From Octopus bimaculoides (Eukaryota): a DNA stretch of 61,590 nucleotides. The notes beneath the pieces are model-generated. The model ran no database searches. It was given only the letters and a program-made list of their open reading frames with translations, and had not been told where the DNA came from. A program made the position numbers and the translations under genes. The first letter of the stretch is position 1. Each line of letters begins with the position of its first letter. The stretch is taken from NCBI RefSeq assembly GCF_001194135.2, contig NC_068990.1, positions 72,548,392-72,609,981 of the forward strand, written 5' to 3'. Shown here piece after piece: positions 1 through 12,700 of this stretch.

Positions 1-232
1 ACATAAAAGACACCATTTCGAGCGTGGCCGTTTTCGTGCGGGTGACACGTAAAAGCACCCACTACACTCTCTGAGTGTTTGGCGTTAGGAAGGGCATCCA
101 GCTGTAGAAACTCTGCCAATTCAGACTGGAGCCTGGTGTTGCCATCCGGTTTCACCAGTCCTCAGTCAAATCGTCCAACCCATGCTAGCATGGAAAGTGG
201 ACGTTAAACGATGATGATGATGATGATGATGA
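1..232 (+). mobile_element. 3' end of RTE-clade LINE (or RTE-tail SINE) with (GAT)n tail
   Basis: Near-identical to the 3' end of the RT-bearing RTE copy at 27137-27378 (gacaccatttcgagcgtggccg...ggcgttaggaagggcatccagc...ggacgttaaacgatgatgat). Confidence 0.85.
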
Positions 233-330
233 TATATATATATATATACACACACATTTGTATACATATATACACGTGTATACACGCACAAATATATACA
301 TGGAAGTATATATATATATGTATATATATA

Positions 331-373
<43 letters not shown>

Positions 374-383
374 GTGTGTGTCT

Positions 384-650
384 GGCTCTTGTGCGGGTGA
401 CACATGAGGTTTCTCGAGTGAGATAAGCGTGGCCTTTGCCAGTACCGCCTGACTGGCCTTCGTGCGGGTGACACGTAAAAGCACCCACTACACTCTCTGA
501 GTGGTTGGCTTTAGGAAGGGCATCCAGCTGTAGAAACACTGTCAAATCAGATTGGAGCCTGGTGTAGCCATCTGGTTTCACCAGTCCTCAGTCAAATCGT
601 CCAACCCATGCTAGCATGGAAGGCGGACGTTAAACGATGATGATGATGAT
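384..650 (+). mobile_element. Second tandem RTE 3'-end copy with (GAT)n tail
   Basis: Repeats the sequence of 37-232 (gtgcgggtgacacgtaaaagcacccactacactctctgag...gttaaacgatgatgatgat). Confidence 0.85.
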
Positions 651-1832
651 ATATATATGTATGTAGTTCTCTCTGTATGCATGTGTGTTCTGCATCAAAT
701 ATGTGATTATGTTCAAATTTTATCTTTTTTGGTTTAGATTTTTTCGTATATTCTTATTAACTTTTTATGGTTGGTTTGGAACATTAGAGTTTCTAAATCC
801 ATATCCAACATTTCTAGACCTTCACAGTCTCATTATCAAGATTTGAAATGAATGTATTGGACGTTTGTGTTGTCTCTTATATACAGACTGAATTTGCATA
901 TATACTTGTGCGTTGGTTAGCCTGTGTGTATGTGCATGTGTGCATGAGAGAGGGAGAGTCATATGTGTGCTTTTATGGCACTTACATTGTAACTATATGG
1001 TTAACTTTATGGTTAACTTACATTGTAATTATATAGGGTTACATTGTAACTATATGGTTTCAGGTTCCATCTTAGCGTGTGCGTTCTTAGCGTGTGAACT
1101 TTTGTAGGTGGAAGCTGTATCACACACTCACTCACACACACAAACATACACACTCACAGATACAAACATACACACACACAGATACAAACATACACACAAA
1201 CACACATACACAAACTCACATACACATACTCACACATACACTTACACACACACTCACACACACACAAACACACTCATATGCTCACATACACACACACATG
1301 CGCACTACATATATATACACACACAAACACACACACACACACACACGTATGCATCATTTTCACTTTTCCTACAAATGAGCCAGAAAGAATTCTTGGAAAC
1401 AGATGTCACATGGTCGTACGCCCTTCCAGCCACCAGCCCTCATGGGTCTCTAAAGAAGGTGGTGCTTCCTCTTAGCAAGTCATGGAACATTGGAAAGGAA
1501 TGAGTCCACTTCTACAATGACCTTTGTTTGCAAAAACACCTATACAGATATATATATATATATATATATATTGATAGGAAGGACAACAAAAGAAAGAAAG
1601 AGACCTCGATATTATGTAAATAGAGGAATTTATCTGTAAAAATATGTGTGACACTTATTCGGTAGCCATGATAAAACTCCGAGTTTCGGATGCCGGGGTG
1701 GGTGCCTACGCCAACATCTCTTCAGTTATCCGGCTATTAAGGGTGATAAATTGGATATTAATTCAATTAACACCAATTTAAAACAAGTGGTCTAGCATAA
1801 AGAAAAAATCTGAAAATTCAGAAAAATTGTAT

Positions 1833-1886
<54 letters not shown>

Positions 1887-2659
1887 CATACATGCTCATA
1901 TATGACTAGTATTTTTTAGTGTCCCTCTACTAAATCCCCTCACAAGAATTTGGTCATCCTGGGAGCTGAAGCAGAAGGCATTTGCGGAAGTATGGTGCAG
2001 TGGCTTTCAATCTGAATCCATGTGGTTGAGAAGCAAATTTGTCAACCACACAGCCATATAGATGATGATGATGATAATGATAATGTTGATAATGATGATG
2101 ACTGTCCACTCATGACTTAGGTAGATCATCACTGACCGTTGCCCATGCAAAATGCCAACAAGAGTCTACAGCACCTGCAGTCGGCTTCACTCAGGTTCAT
2201 GCTCATCGGTTTTATGCTCGCTGCAGCACCCACCTACTGGGCTTTGAACCGTAGCCTCACCTGTTATTGCACAACCTAGAACTTAAGGTCCAATGGGGCT
2301 TGCACAGCACCTCACAGAACCTAAACATCCAGAGACAATCCATGGTAAGATGTCCAGTATCAATATTGGTTGCAGGCTCAGGAATGTGGGAGTGTCATGA
2401 TTTCAATATTTCATATTTTTATGAAATGCTCCAGCATGGCCACAGTCAAATGACTGAAACAAGTAAAAGAGTAAAAGTTACGCGTGTGTGTTGCCCTCAC
2501 AATTGCTAAATTGTAGATGCAATTCCTGGACTGAGCAGCATTTTGTGACAACTTCGACATCTGATGTGTCGCACACTTGTGCACCTGTACAGGTAATATC
2601 AATTTGATGGAGAGAGTGAGCTAATGTACATTTAATCACTATAAAAAAGGCATTTGCAC

Positions 2660-2893
2660 AGGTCATTCAGATGCTGAAGCACCACCTTTAGTTGAACAAA
2701 TTGATCCCATGCTGGAGCACCACCTTTAGTCAAACAAATTGATCCCAGGACTTATTTTTTGTAAGCTTAGTATTTATACTATCGGTATCTTTTACCGAAC
2801 TGCTAATGTTATGGGGATGAAAACACACCAACATTGGTTGTCAGGCGATGGTGGGAGCAGGGGACAAACACAGACACACAAACATATACACAC

Positions 2894-2924
<31 letters not shown>

Positions 2925-3090
2925 CACACACAACAGGTTTCTTTCAGTTTCCATCTACCAAATCCACTCATAAGGCTTTGGTCAGCCCAAGGCTGTAGTA
3001 GAAGACACTTGCCCAAGGTGCCACATAGTGGGACTGAACCTGAAACCATGTGGTTGGGAAGCAAGTTTCTTACCACACAGCCACGCCTTT
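2660..3090 (-). mobile_element. tRNA-derived composite SINE (head, microsatellite, conserved tail)
   Basis: Reverse complement has the head ggcgtggctgtgtggtaagaaacttgcttcccaaccacatgg and the tail ...ggtgctccagcatgg. Same family at 9740-10180, 23770-24460, 35530-35880 and 55583-55955. Probably one of the Octopus OK/OR1/OR2 SINEs, but I cannot assign which without an alignment. Confidence 0.75.
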
Positions 3091-3476
3091 GCATTTGTAT
3101 ATATGTTCATCCTCTAATTCCTTATGTACTTTGTACTTCTATATGTAAACCATGTTGGCAAAATAAGTCTGCCATGGACACCTGTGCTTTGGTTCTTTCT
3201 TTCTTTTTCTTTTCTTCCTTTCTTTTGTCACTTTTGCTATGAATTAAATTAATGAATTCAACGGGATACACCGTCTGCAAGTAGTTGGGTTCAGCATATT
3301 ATCCTCCATTTTCTAATTGTTACACAAATTTTGGGTAAAACCTCCACTTTTACCCGCTCCCATTGATTGCACCTAGTATAGCACTAGTGTAGCAATAATT
3401 GGGTACCCTCCCAGCAATATACTGGATAGATACTATCCCTTAGTGGTTGTACCCCCAACCCCTAACTCTCTCACAC

Positions 3477-3514
<38 letters not shown>

Positions 3515-3524
3515 NNNNNNNNNN

Positions 3525-3562
<38 letters not shown>

Positions 3563-3725
3563 CATTTACTCTCCACATTTGTAAACATATCTTCCCATGT
3601 ATATAAATCTAGTCAATGCGTTTGCTTCAAAGCTGTAACATTATTCTAATTTGTTAGAAATAGTAGCTAAATCTTTCTCAAGGTCACTTAGTGATATCAA
3701 AAAAAAAAAAATAGGATACATAAAA

Positions 3726-3943
3726 TAATCTTTTCTACTCTAGGCACCAGGCCTGAAACTTTTGGGGAGGGGTCCAGTTGTTTAGAACAACTCCAGTATG
3801 CAACTGGTACTTAACTTGTTGACCCCGAAAGGACAAAAGGCAGAGTTGACCTCAGCAGAATTTGAACTCAGACCATAATGACAGATAAAATACCACAAAG
3901 CATTTTGCCCAGTATGCTAATGATTCTGCCAGCTCGCTGCTTT
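3726..3943 (-). mobile_element. tRNA-derived SINE, family A (aaggcggcgagctggcagaa... head, ...agtagaaaggattatt tail)
   Basis: Matches more than 15 other copies in the window (ctgagttcaaattc B-box, gtcgactttgcctttcatcc, aagtaccagttg, tttcaggccttgtgcc). Confidence 0.8.
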
Positions 3944-4388
3944 GGGATACATAAAATAATGCAACCCAAAATACACAGAAATTAAGACAAGATAATGATT
4001 GCTGAAACACCTTTTTATTATAGGCAGGTCTACATGGTAATAAACAACATTATCAACAATAACAACATCAATGACAACAAAGACTGCAACAACAACAAAA
4101 ACAACCATCTAATATTCTATTTTCGCTGTGACTCATTAGGTACCTTCAGTTGATAATATATAATGTCTGGCCTTTCAAATATGGCATCATAGTTCTTTGC
4201 TACAGACACCTAGTCTTACTGTCTCATAAAGTACCAATTTCCTCCTTATTATATATATATATATATATATATATAGTCATATGTATAATGTATACATGTG
4301 TGTGTGTGTATATATATGCATATGTATGTATATATATGTGTGTGGGTTTATATATATGTATAAATATATATGTATGTATGCGTATATA

Positions 4389-4427
<39 letters not shown>

Positions 4428-5215
4428 CTATCTCTTTCTCTCTCTCTATTTATCTATCTATCTAATTCTATTTACAGAATTATTTTCCTCAATTCCTCCA
4501 TGTGAGATGTCACTTTGTTACTTTTAACAGTTATGGACTGTCATATATCAACTTTGATGTCCAGCAATATAATCTGTACAGTTGATGTATAATGCAGGAA
4601 TCATATCAATCCATTTTAAACTTACTTAAGTGAACTGTGCTGAGATTATGATGAATATATCTTATTGACAGAGGGTTTTGATACCTCTCATTTACAATCT
4701 GCCTTCAAGTCCGGTAGAATAAAAAAATTTAAATTAAAAAAGAAGGCTGGAGATGGTATTACTATGGCCGAATGTCATTTTGTTCCAACATTCATCTCAC
4801 TTAAATGCAGAGACTATTCTTGTTGATGGATGTGACCGAAATATCGCCTCAATCAATCCCTCATTTCATCTGAATCTGATATTGTAAGCTTATTACCACT
4901 GGTCAGTTCCTGAAGATCCTATATCTTGCTACAAAAGGAGGCCTGTGACAAGAAATGAAATATGAGCCCAGAATGTTAGGAACCACCTGTTGTGTTTACA
5001 CATGTGGGTTCATGTCCCACAAATACCCCTCAACTGTTCATATCCAAAGGAGTTTTAGCCCAATATTTACACACTATTATTTATAGCATTATTTGCTTTG
5101 TGATACATCATTCCAATATCTATATGTGTGTGTGTGTATATATATGTATGTATGTATGCATGTATGCATATGTATATAAATAGAGAGAAAGAGAGAGAGA
5201 GAGAGAGAGGGGCTG

Positions 5216-5432
5216 GGGCAAGCTGCCTGAATTGTTAGCACACTGGACAAAATGCTTATGGCATTTTGTCCATCTTTGTGTTCTGAGCTCAGATTCTGTC
5301 GATGTCGACTCCACTTTTCATTCTTCCAAGGTCAATGAATTAAGTACCAGTTACACACAGGGGTCAATGTAATCGACCTTAGACCCTTCCTTCAAAATTT
5401 CAAGCATTGTGCCTATAGTAGAAGCAATTATT
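5216..5432 (+). mobile_element. SINE family A copy
   Basis: Same head, body and tail motifs as 3726-3943, on the plus strand. Confidence 0.75.
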
Positions 5433-5476
5433 TGCCTTGAGATACACTGTTCCAATATACATATTATATATACATA

Positions 5477-5525
<49 letters not shown>

Positions 5526-5962
5526 NNNNNNNNNNACTACGGCAGTGGTACTGGAAATTAATAGTTATCGCCAAGCCAACATGGCAGTCCCAAAATTAGG
5601 ACGAAAGCAGCCGTGAATTAGCTCCAAGAAGCCATCGCCTCTAGCTAGCTATGTGACACATATATAAGAATAAGATGAGGATTCAGATAAAATCAGGTAC
5701 TTGAAAAGGTATGCACCAGGTAGTTTTGAGTAATCTCTGTGGGTCAGGCCTATGGTTAGTGTGAGTCGAAATATCAGATAGGAGATTTCTGTTTTGTATA
5801 CAGAAAAAAGTAACCCTATGAGTATTTCGCACCTTGCGGGGTTGGTTCAAGTCGCACGTTACTTTGAATAGTATGTTGTTAGTATACTTTAGAGTATCTG
5901 ACAAGCTGTAAGTTCCCTTGGTGTATTATAATCAAATAAATAATAACAATGAACGATGGATA

Positions 5963-6042
5963 ATTGTCAGCTGTTTCTTATGCAACCTTTTAATAGAAGA
6001 ATGAGAACATTACATCCTCATAAAGACTGTATTTATCAGATG
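5963..6042 (-). ncRNA. Degenerate hammerhead ribozyme motif (Penelope pLTR remnant), probably inactive
   Basis: Minus strand reads CTGATAA, a long imperfect stem II (atacagtcttt/aaaggttgcat), then GAAACAGCTGAC. It shares GAAACAGCTG with the HHRs at 34.6 and 35.1 kb, but G8 and U16.1 are mutated. Confidence 0.5.
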
Positions 6043-7628
6043 AGAAGTAATTTTTACAAAACAAAGGAATACCCCAAGAACACAGCCAGGATGTGGCTAG
6101 AGTCTGTCAAGGCCAGCTATGAAATGGGAGAATGAGCTAGGGAGAGAGGGCGCTCTTGCTCATGCAGTGTCAACCTCATTGTGCTAGTAAAAAGTAGTGT
6201 TTCGTTTTGACTCCACATGTGTTGTGCTTAGAAACGTGTTTATATTCTTGAATGCGATGAAGTGTAGAATTAGATTATTATCCTGCTTCCAGCTTCAATG
6301 TTGCTGCCAGGATTTGAAAAATAGAGCACATTTCCCTCATTATTTTGTGATTTAGGTGGGGTTTTTGAAAAACGAGGGATTTTGTGGTGGAGTTCAGTGA
6401 ACAAATTAAGCACACTACCCAGCAATGGCTAAAACGTGAACCAATCAAGTTTATGCATAAATTTTCTTTTTATCTGTTTGTTTCCTTTTACACAATATTA
6501 AAACAACAGCTAAAAATTTTCTGAATTAGCACCCCAACTAATTTTATCTACAAGCTGCTACTGATACACACACACATACATATTACTGAATTACACACAC
6601 ACACACGTCTTCCTCTTTGTTTTGATGAACTGCTGATGTCTTTCTTATGATCTAAAAATTGCAGTTCACTTCTCTCTAACTTCCCATTTTGTCTCATCAT
6701 TCTGCCTTGTTTTTTTTACTTAAATATTTGCATTGCCAGTTGTCTTCTCAGTTTTTCTCCTGATCAAAAGATATTTCTCTCTATTTATTTATCTCTTCAC
6801 ATTAACTTCCTGCACATTCTCATGCCATTTGAGTCATTTCTATTTATGTCTTTATCATCTTGTTGTACAGTATTTAACCCTGAAATCTTCCCGGTTTTAG
6901 CAGTAGAGCATAGCTAAACACTCTTCAGTGCCCTTAGAAAGTATTTTTAGTTGAGGGCTGATCAAAAGCTTTTTTTTATATCTTATTTTACTAACCTGTT
7001 AGTAACATATATTTGCTTATACTTGTTTTGTTATACTTTCTGAGTAAACACTTGATGTAAAACACTCTGCTTTCCTGGTCTCACTTCATCATTAAAAGTA
7101 CTTTAATTGTTGTTGCCTAGTTCTACATATTCTACTGAGTTTGAGTTAGGTTATGCCCTTCTTATACTTCACAGAGGCATGTTTTTACACACACACACAA
7201 ACACACACACACACACACACACATGCGTGCGCGCACACACATCAATGAGAATGTTGTATATGTTGGTGCTGTGACTAAAGCCAGAATAACAGAAAGAAGT
7301 TGGCATCAGAAAGGGCATCCAACAATAGAAACCATGTCAAATTAGATTGGAACCTGGAGCAGCTCCCCAGCTTATTGGGTTCAGTGAAACCATCTAACCC
7401 ATGCCAGCATGGAAAACAAATGCAGCCGATACCATTCACCATAACCATACTGCAAAATCCAGTATGGTTCTGAGATTCATAAAGCCATTGCACAACTAAG
7501 AATTCCATATCACATTTAACCATTATGTTGATTACCTGCAAGTCGTCATGTGATTGTTCAGTCAGAACTGATGTAGATCTACATAGAAGCAATTTTATCT
7601 AGGTAGCTCCATTATACTTACCTGGCCT

Positions 7629-7899
7629 TGTAGGTAACCCTCACCAACTCCTATCTTTATATGTTCCTGCTCTAGATTAGCAACCTCCACCACACTTGCT
7701 TGTCACAGTAAGACATCACCTATACACACATACACTTACCCACTCCAGTTAGATAATTTCTCATACACATACCTGTTCCAGATAGATAACTTTCTCCAGA
7801 TTTACCTGTCCTAATTAGATAAGATAGATAATTAGATAAGGTAGAAAGATCACCAGGTGACCTACTTACCTTATTTAATTATCTACCATAGCCACTACA
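7629..7899. mobile_element. Possible solo LTR
   Basis: TGTAG...CTACA termini, a subterminal inverted repeat (gtaggtaacc/ggtgacctac) and internal AGATA repeats. No TSD found. Confidence 0.25.
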
Positions 7900-8466
7900 G
7901 AGGAAGGTTTGTATTTCACTATTGTCTCTATAATCCATTGGGTTATGAAACTGGAACTTCTCAACCATATTTTCTGGCATACAAATCAAATTTTTCAGAC
8001 CAAACTTTACAACCAAAAATGGTAGACAGTCTTATACACCAAGAAGATTTTGGAGGACCAAAAATTCCTTGTGAAATGCATGTGGACATGGAAAAATAGC
8101 AATGATATTTAAATGCTTATACTACATATTTGTACATATTTACTATATATTTATACATTGATTTGTATGGAGGAAAATATGGTATTTTTAGAGAGATGTC
8201 CTCAACTTATATTTAACTTGGGAAATTTATAACAATCAGACAAATATGAAAAGAAATTTTTCATGTGAGATCTTTTATCTTTTGTTCTTCATTTGTTTCA
8301 GTTATTAGACTATTGCCATTCTGGAGCACTACCTTGAAGAAATGTTAGTCAAATGAATTGACCCCAGGACTTATTTTCTCTTTATAAGACTGGTACTTAA
8401 TCTGTTGGTTTCTTTTGCTAAACAGACCAACATAGGCACAAAGACACAGATACACACACACATATG

Positions 8467-9290
8467 TACGGAATGAACCACAAAAAAAAAAAAAAAAAAA
8501 AATCACAGATACTAAACAGAAACTGGTTTATTAACAGACTGCCATAGCATTAATTGAAGAGTGCTAATTAAGAAACTACTCTTTCCTAATGATAAAACAT
8601 CATTTCCTGAAGCATGTTTGACATCACATGCTGTCACGTGAAGACGGAGCGTTCTGGATCCAAAGAGATGAACTCAGTATCTCATGTAACCACCATTAGC
8701 ATTAAGACAGGTGATCGATGAAGGCTATAGGGAAAGCAGCCCAGACTCTATTAAAACTTGCAGTTGTCGGCCTTGGACGGATGTCATTTAGCCTTCTTTG
8801 GATTTTGTCCCACAAGTGCTCTATAGGGTTCAAGTCTGGGCTTAGGGTAGGCCATGTAAGTGTCTGGATGTTGTGCTGTTGGAGAAGTCTTGTCAACCTG
8901 GCAATATGGGTACGAACTTGGTCATGTTGGAACATGTGATATCAATGACGGGCAAAGTATTGCACAATGTGAGGCTTCAATGTGAGCAGTGGTTTCTCCA
9001 TTGTCCCAGCCTTGGCTGATGTTTTGGAAGACCACCAGTCCAAGTTTCTGGTTGAGTGCAACCCTGCCTCATACCATGATGTTCTGTCCTCTTCATGAGT
9101 TTCTCTCTACCACCCAGCCATTGGCATGATGTTCACCGTTCTTCTCCAAACCATGGTCCTGCCATCTACCACAATCCTTGTGTTTTCAAGAAGTACAGTT
9201 GCAACAAAAACAGCTTCACTGTCCAGTGAGCCATGCTAAATTACCAGCGTCTAAACAGACACACCCAATTGTTTCATTCTGTGAATAGCA
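8467..9290 (-). mobile_element. Decayed Tc1/mariner DNA transposon (DDE transposase remnant)
   Basis: ORF 8702-8935 has FQHDQVRTHIA...WPTLSPDLNPIEHLW, typical Tc1 motifs around the second and third catalytic residues. Frameshifted upstream sequence reads GQNIMV*GRVALNQKLGLVVFQN. TA followed by a TIR-like start (cggaatgaaccacaaaa) at 8467. Confidence 0.9.
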
Positions 9291-9564
9291 AACAAGCGTT
9301 GATAAAACTCAATGTAAACTGAATCTAGAACAAACCATTAATGGATCCAGCTTAAAACTGTGTCTCTTCTCACTTATTCTTCCTTTTTGCAATATCTGGT
9401 AATGGTCAACTGGAAGACAGGGGTGGGGGTGGCATTAGTCTAGCATGTCTTTGATACATTAGACGAAGATAAATTTATAATCCAATTCTCACCCAATAAT
9501 CTATTAGGCATTATCAGACATTTTTCTACACTTTTTCTCGTGTCTTGTCATCATAGACACAAGT

Positions 9565-9705
9565 ATGACTGTGTGGTTAAGAAGCTTGCTTCTCAACCAT
9601 GTGGTCTTGGGTTCAATGTCAGAGTGTAGCACCTTGGGCAAGTATCATCTACTATAGCCACAGAGTGGATTTTGTGTATGGAAACTGAAAGACACCCATC
9701 GCATA
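9565..9705 (+). mobile_element. tRNA-derived SINE head (composite family)
   Basis: atgactgtgtggttaagaagcttgcttctcaaccatgtgg...ggaaactgaaagac. Inverted relative to the copy at 10025-10180. Confidence 0.75.
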
Positions 9706-9739
9706 TCTATTTATCTGTATCAGTATACATTCTTTTATT

Positions 9740-10180
9740 CTTTAATCTTTCTATGTGTTTCAGTCATTTGACTGTGGCCATGCTGGAGTACCACTTTGAA
9801 GGTTTTTAGTTGAACAAATCGATCCCAGGACATATTTTTTTTTAAGCCTAGTAATTATTCTATTGGTCTCTTTTGGTAAACCATTAAGCCACAGGGACTT
9901 AAGCACACCAATACCAGTTGCAAGCGATGATGTGGGGGGACAACTTTAGATATAAAACATGCGCACGCGTGCACGCACGCGCACACGCACGCACGCGCGC
10001 ACACACGCACACGCACACACACACGATGGGCTTCTTTCAGTTTCCATCCACTCACAATGGTTTGGTCAACCCAAAGCTATAGTAGAATACACTCACCCAA
10101 AGTGCCATGCAGTGGGACTGAACCCAGAACCATGTGGATGGGAAGCAAGCTTCTTACTACACAGTCATACCTGCGTCCAA
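9740..10180 (-). mobile_element. tRNA-derived composite SINE
   Basis: Same architecture as 2660-3090. Confidence 0.75.
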
Positions 10181-10318
10181 TAAAAATTCATGCTCCCATG
10201 TTGGGAATGAAACCCTATATGTGTGTGTGTGTGTGCATGTATTTGTGCGTGTGTAGAATCATTATCAGCACAGGAGGAGGATATTAAACAATGATGATAT
10301 ATATATATATATATATAT

Positions 10319-10471
10319 CCATTTAGCATTTAACCTGGACAGATACTACATCATTCTAAAAATAAACAACCGCATCTTTAAAATCTTGAAGCTCAAGATA
10401 ATGCATGATTAATTTAAAACAATGTGAATAAATAAGTAATACATTTGACAAGGTAATCTGAATGCTAAAGG
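10319..10471. mobile_element. Internally deleted TTAA-type MITE copy
   Basis: ...tttagcatt start and gtaatctgaatgctaaagg end are shared with the copies at 22641, 32973, 36897 and 42113. Confidence 0.65.
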
Positions 10472-11254
10472 AATATAGAAGTGATACAGATAAAATACTT
10501 GTGTTATTACAATCTTTTTCTCTTTATCATTATCATTTAGAATATGATAAAAAGGGGGGGATGTATATGTAGGTTAGTATATTGTTGTAATCGGAATAAA
10601 TGCTTTTCATATATTCATTTTTTCATCTTTTTCAAGAGACTAGCCGTCTTTAATATTAATAATGAATGTTAGGAATATAAAAACTGATTAATATTAAGTG
10701 ATTAGAAATAATAAGAGGACAAGGATTGCTTATGCAAAGATATTTGTATGTATATATATATATATATATACATATACATTATAGTAAGAATGGATATATA
10801 AGGGTGGAAGACCACAGGAACAATACCATATATCCAACGCAAGATTTAATGCGTGTGTGTGTGTGTGTTCAATTTCTTCAAGAATCAATAAATAAATATA
10901 TAGTTTTCAGTCTCTAAAATGTGTAAAAAGTAAGGTAAAATAAAGTAAACAGGCATATACAACGATATAAACTTTAGAAATATCATGAATGTTTAAAATA
11001 TTTATTTAAAAATATTTATAAACATGCATAGTTTCCAACTTGTATAAAAATGACAATATAAGATAATACATTACGATATATAAACGTACAGTATGATTAA
11101 ACTGGGTAAATATGTACGATATGATACAATTTGATATGAAATTATAAATTTACATGTATTGTATTAAAAACGTGTACATTAGGACATGATATGTATATAT
11201 ACTATATCAGAGGAAAAAAAAAGGCGTACAATACAAGGGTAATGTTAAAAGTAT

Positions 11255-11339
11255 ACATTTACGGACCGTTTCTGAGATGTGTCTATTAATATGGTATAGT
11301 ACTCATATTAGAAATTAGACACTCCCTTCATCAGGATGT
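11255..11339 (-). ncRNA. Type I hammerhead ribozyme motif of the PLE
   Basis: Minus strand: acatc-CTGATGA, stem II (gtgtcta/tagacac), GAAA, ACGG-T-CCGT stem III, GUA cleavage triplet, then aatgt as the stem I partner (one mismatch next to the core). Confidence 0.75.
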
Positions 11340-11870
11340 TCGTTGTACAGAAAGAGGGAAAAATAAAAATATAGAAAATGTAAAAAAGCTTAGTGACATA
11401 ATACAATATGTTAACATACATGTAAAAACAACTGGGCCTAACACATTGAATCATGGCTCTTTTTTCCTCAATTGCAGAATTACGCATATGTATATATAAA
11501 AAAAGAGTATGTAGTAATATCTAATTAGCATAGGTTGATAAGTTAAATTAAATCACAAGCCCAATCATATCTTATTACGGATTAGTTCATTATAAGATTT
11601 TGTTTGTATTTTACTTCCATTTTTAATTTTATTTATTATTTCGTTTATTAATTCATTTATAAGTTTATCCCTAATCGTCGATACAAGTTCAAATTATACC
11701 AGTTCTATTCCGGTCTACTTATATTATGTCTATTGGTACTTCTAATTATTTTATTTTATTATTTTTCTTCTTTATATATTAAATTATATTGTATTATTTT
11801 TATAACTTTTAACTCATGGAAGTGTTCCTATCTAAATCATCATTATTACTATTCTAAGTTCGAATTCATG

Positions 11871-12330
11871 CTATGACCCTTTACTGTCACTATTCGCCCT
11901 AACTTTCTCTTTATCTTTTCTATTCTTTTTGATCTTCATGAGAAATGTTGAATGAATTTTATGCGTGCATGCCGGGATTGCATCAGTAAACCTGTTTAGC
12001 ATGGTATTATTATGGTTTTTCAGTATTAAATATGCCTCCCTAATGCATAATCCGCATCTGCTGGATCCAATTCCGAACGGATTGGCGTTAGCCAAGATGG
12101 ACCATGATAGTTCGAATGTTGCGTTTCTTTCCTTAAGGTCATGTATAAACGATGCCAGCGCTGTAGATGCCCTATATTTTGAGTTATTAAATGAGCTCAT
12201 ATGGCATCTATATCTTTGTTTAAAGTCGATCGAGCTGCCTATCTACACTCTTCTCTTTCCGTTCTGCATAAGAATGCTACATTTGTAAATTACGTTAGTC
12301 TGGCAGCAATTTCTGCTAATCGGACATTTC
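11871..12330 (-). pseudogene. PLE GIY-YIG endonuclease (VIY...[Y to stop]IG, FK.RY..H, CxLC)
   Basis: A TAG at 12245-12243 replaces the Tyr of YIG. ORF 11871-12200 carries the C-terminal part. Confidence 0.85.
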
Positions 12331-12700
12331 GAGGGAACCCTTTTAATTTCCCTTTCCATTTTTATCCCTACTCACATTTTCTTTCCTATTACCTCTATTG
12401 TTATTATTTATTGTGTTCATCTTATTTTCTTCCATATCTACATTTTCATTTTGTTTTTTTTTGCTATGATTTCTATTCCCTTCATACTCAGGGTTTCTTT
12501 TCCTATTGCACCTACGTCGGTTATTTTTCTGGTCAATGGCTACGCCTACAACTTTTCATTGCATAATATTATTATTATTATCATTATCACTGTCCCCACC
12601 AGCGTTAATTGTAATTTTATTATTACTATTATCCTTACTTTTATGGTTTCCTATTTTATCCCGTTTTATGTTATCGCAATTTATTCTACAATCTCTATCA

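Noticed and set aside
1376-1540. GC-richer exon-like segment between microsatellites
   Set aside because: Minus-strand frames from the candidate acceptor hit stops early, and the plus strand has no AG acceptor at the tract. No recognisable peptide.
2517-2592. Possible 76-nt plus-strand exon (tag|...cag|gtaata) with one open phase
   Set aside because: Weak polypyrimidine tract, sandwiched between SINE fragments, and the peptide is not recognised.
7614-7640. ATACTTACCTGGC, identical to the 5' end of U1 snRNA
   Set aside because: The match ends after ~13 nt, with no U1 stem-loops or Sm site downstream. It is equally a minus-strand consensus donor (CAG|GTAAGTAT), but no good acceptor supports an exon.
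12290-12330. Possible selenoprotein-type Naiad (UGA in place of Cys, plus SECIS)
   Set aside because: The endonuclease Cys positions I could read (CP..NCC, CGLC, CTH) use TGT/TGC. The observed stops in conserved domains are TAA/TAG decay.
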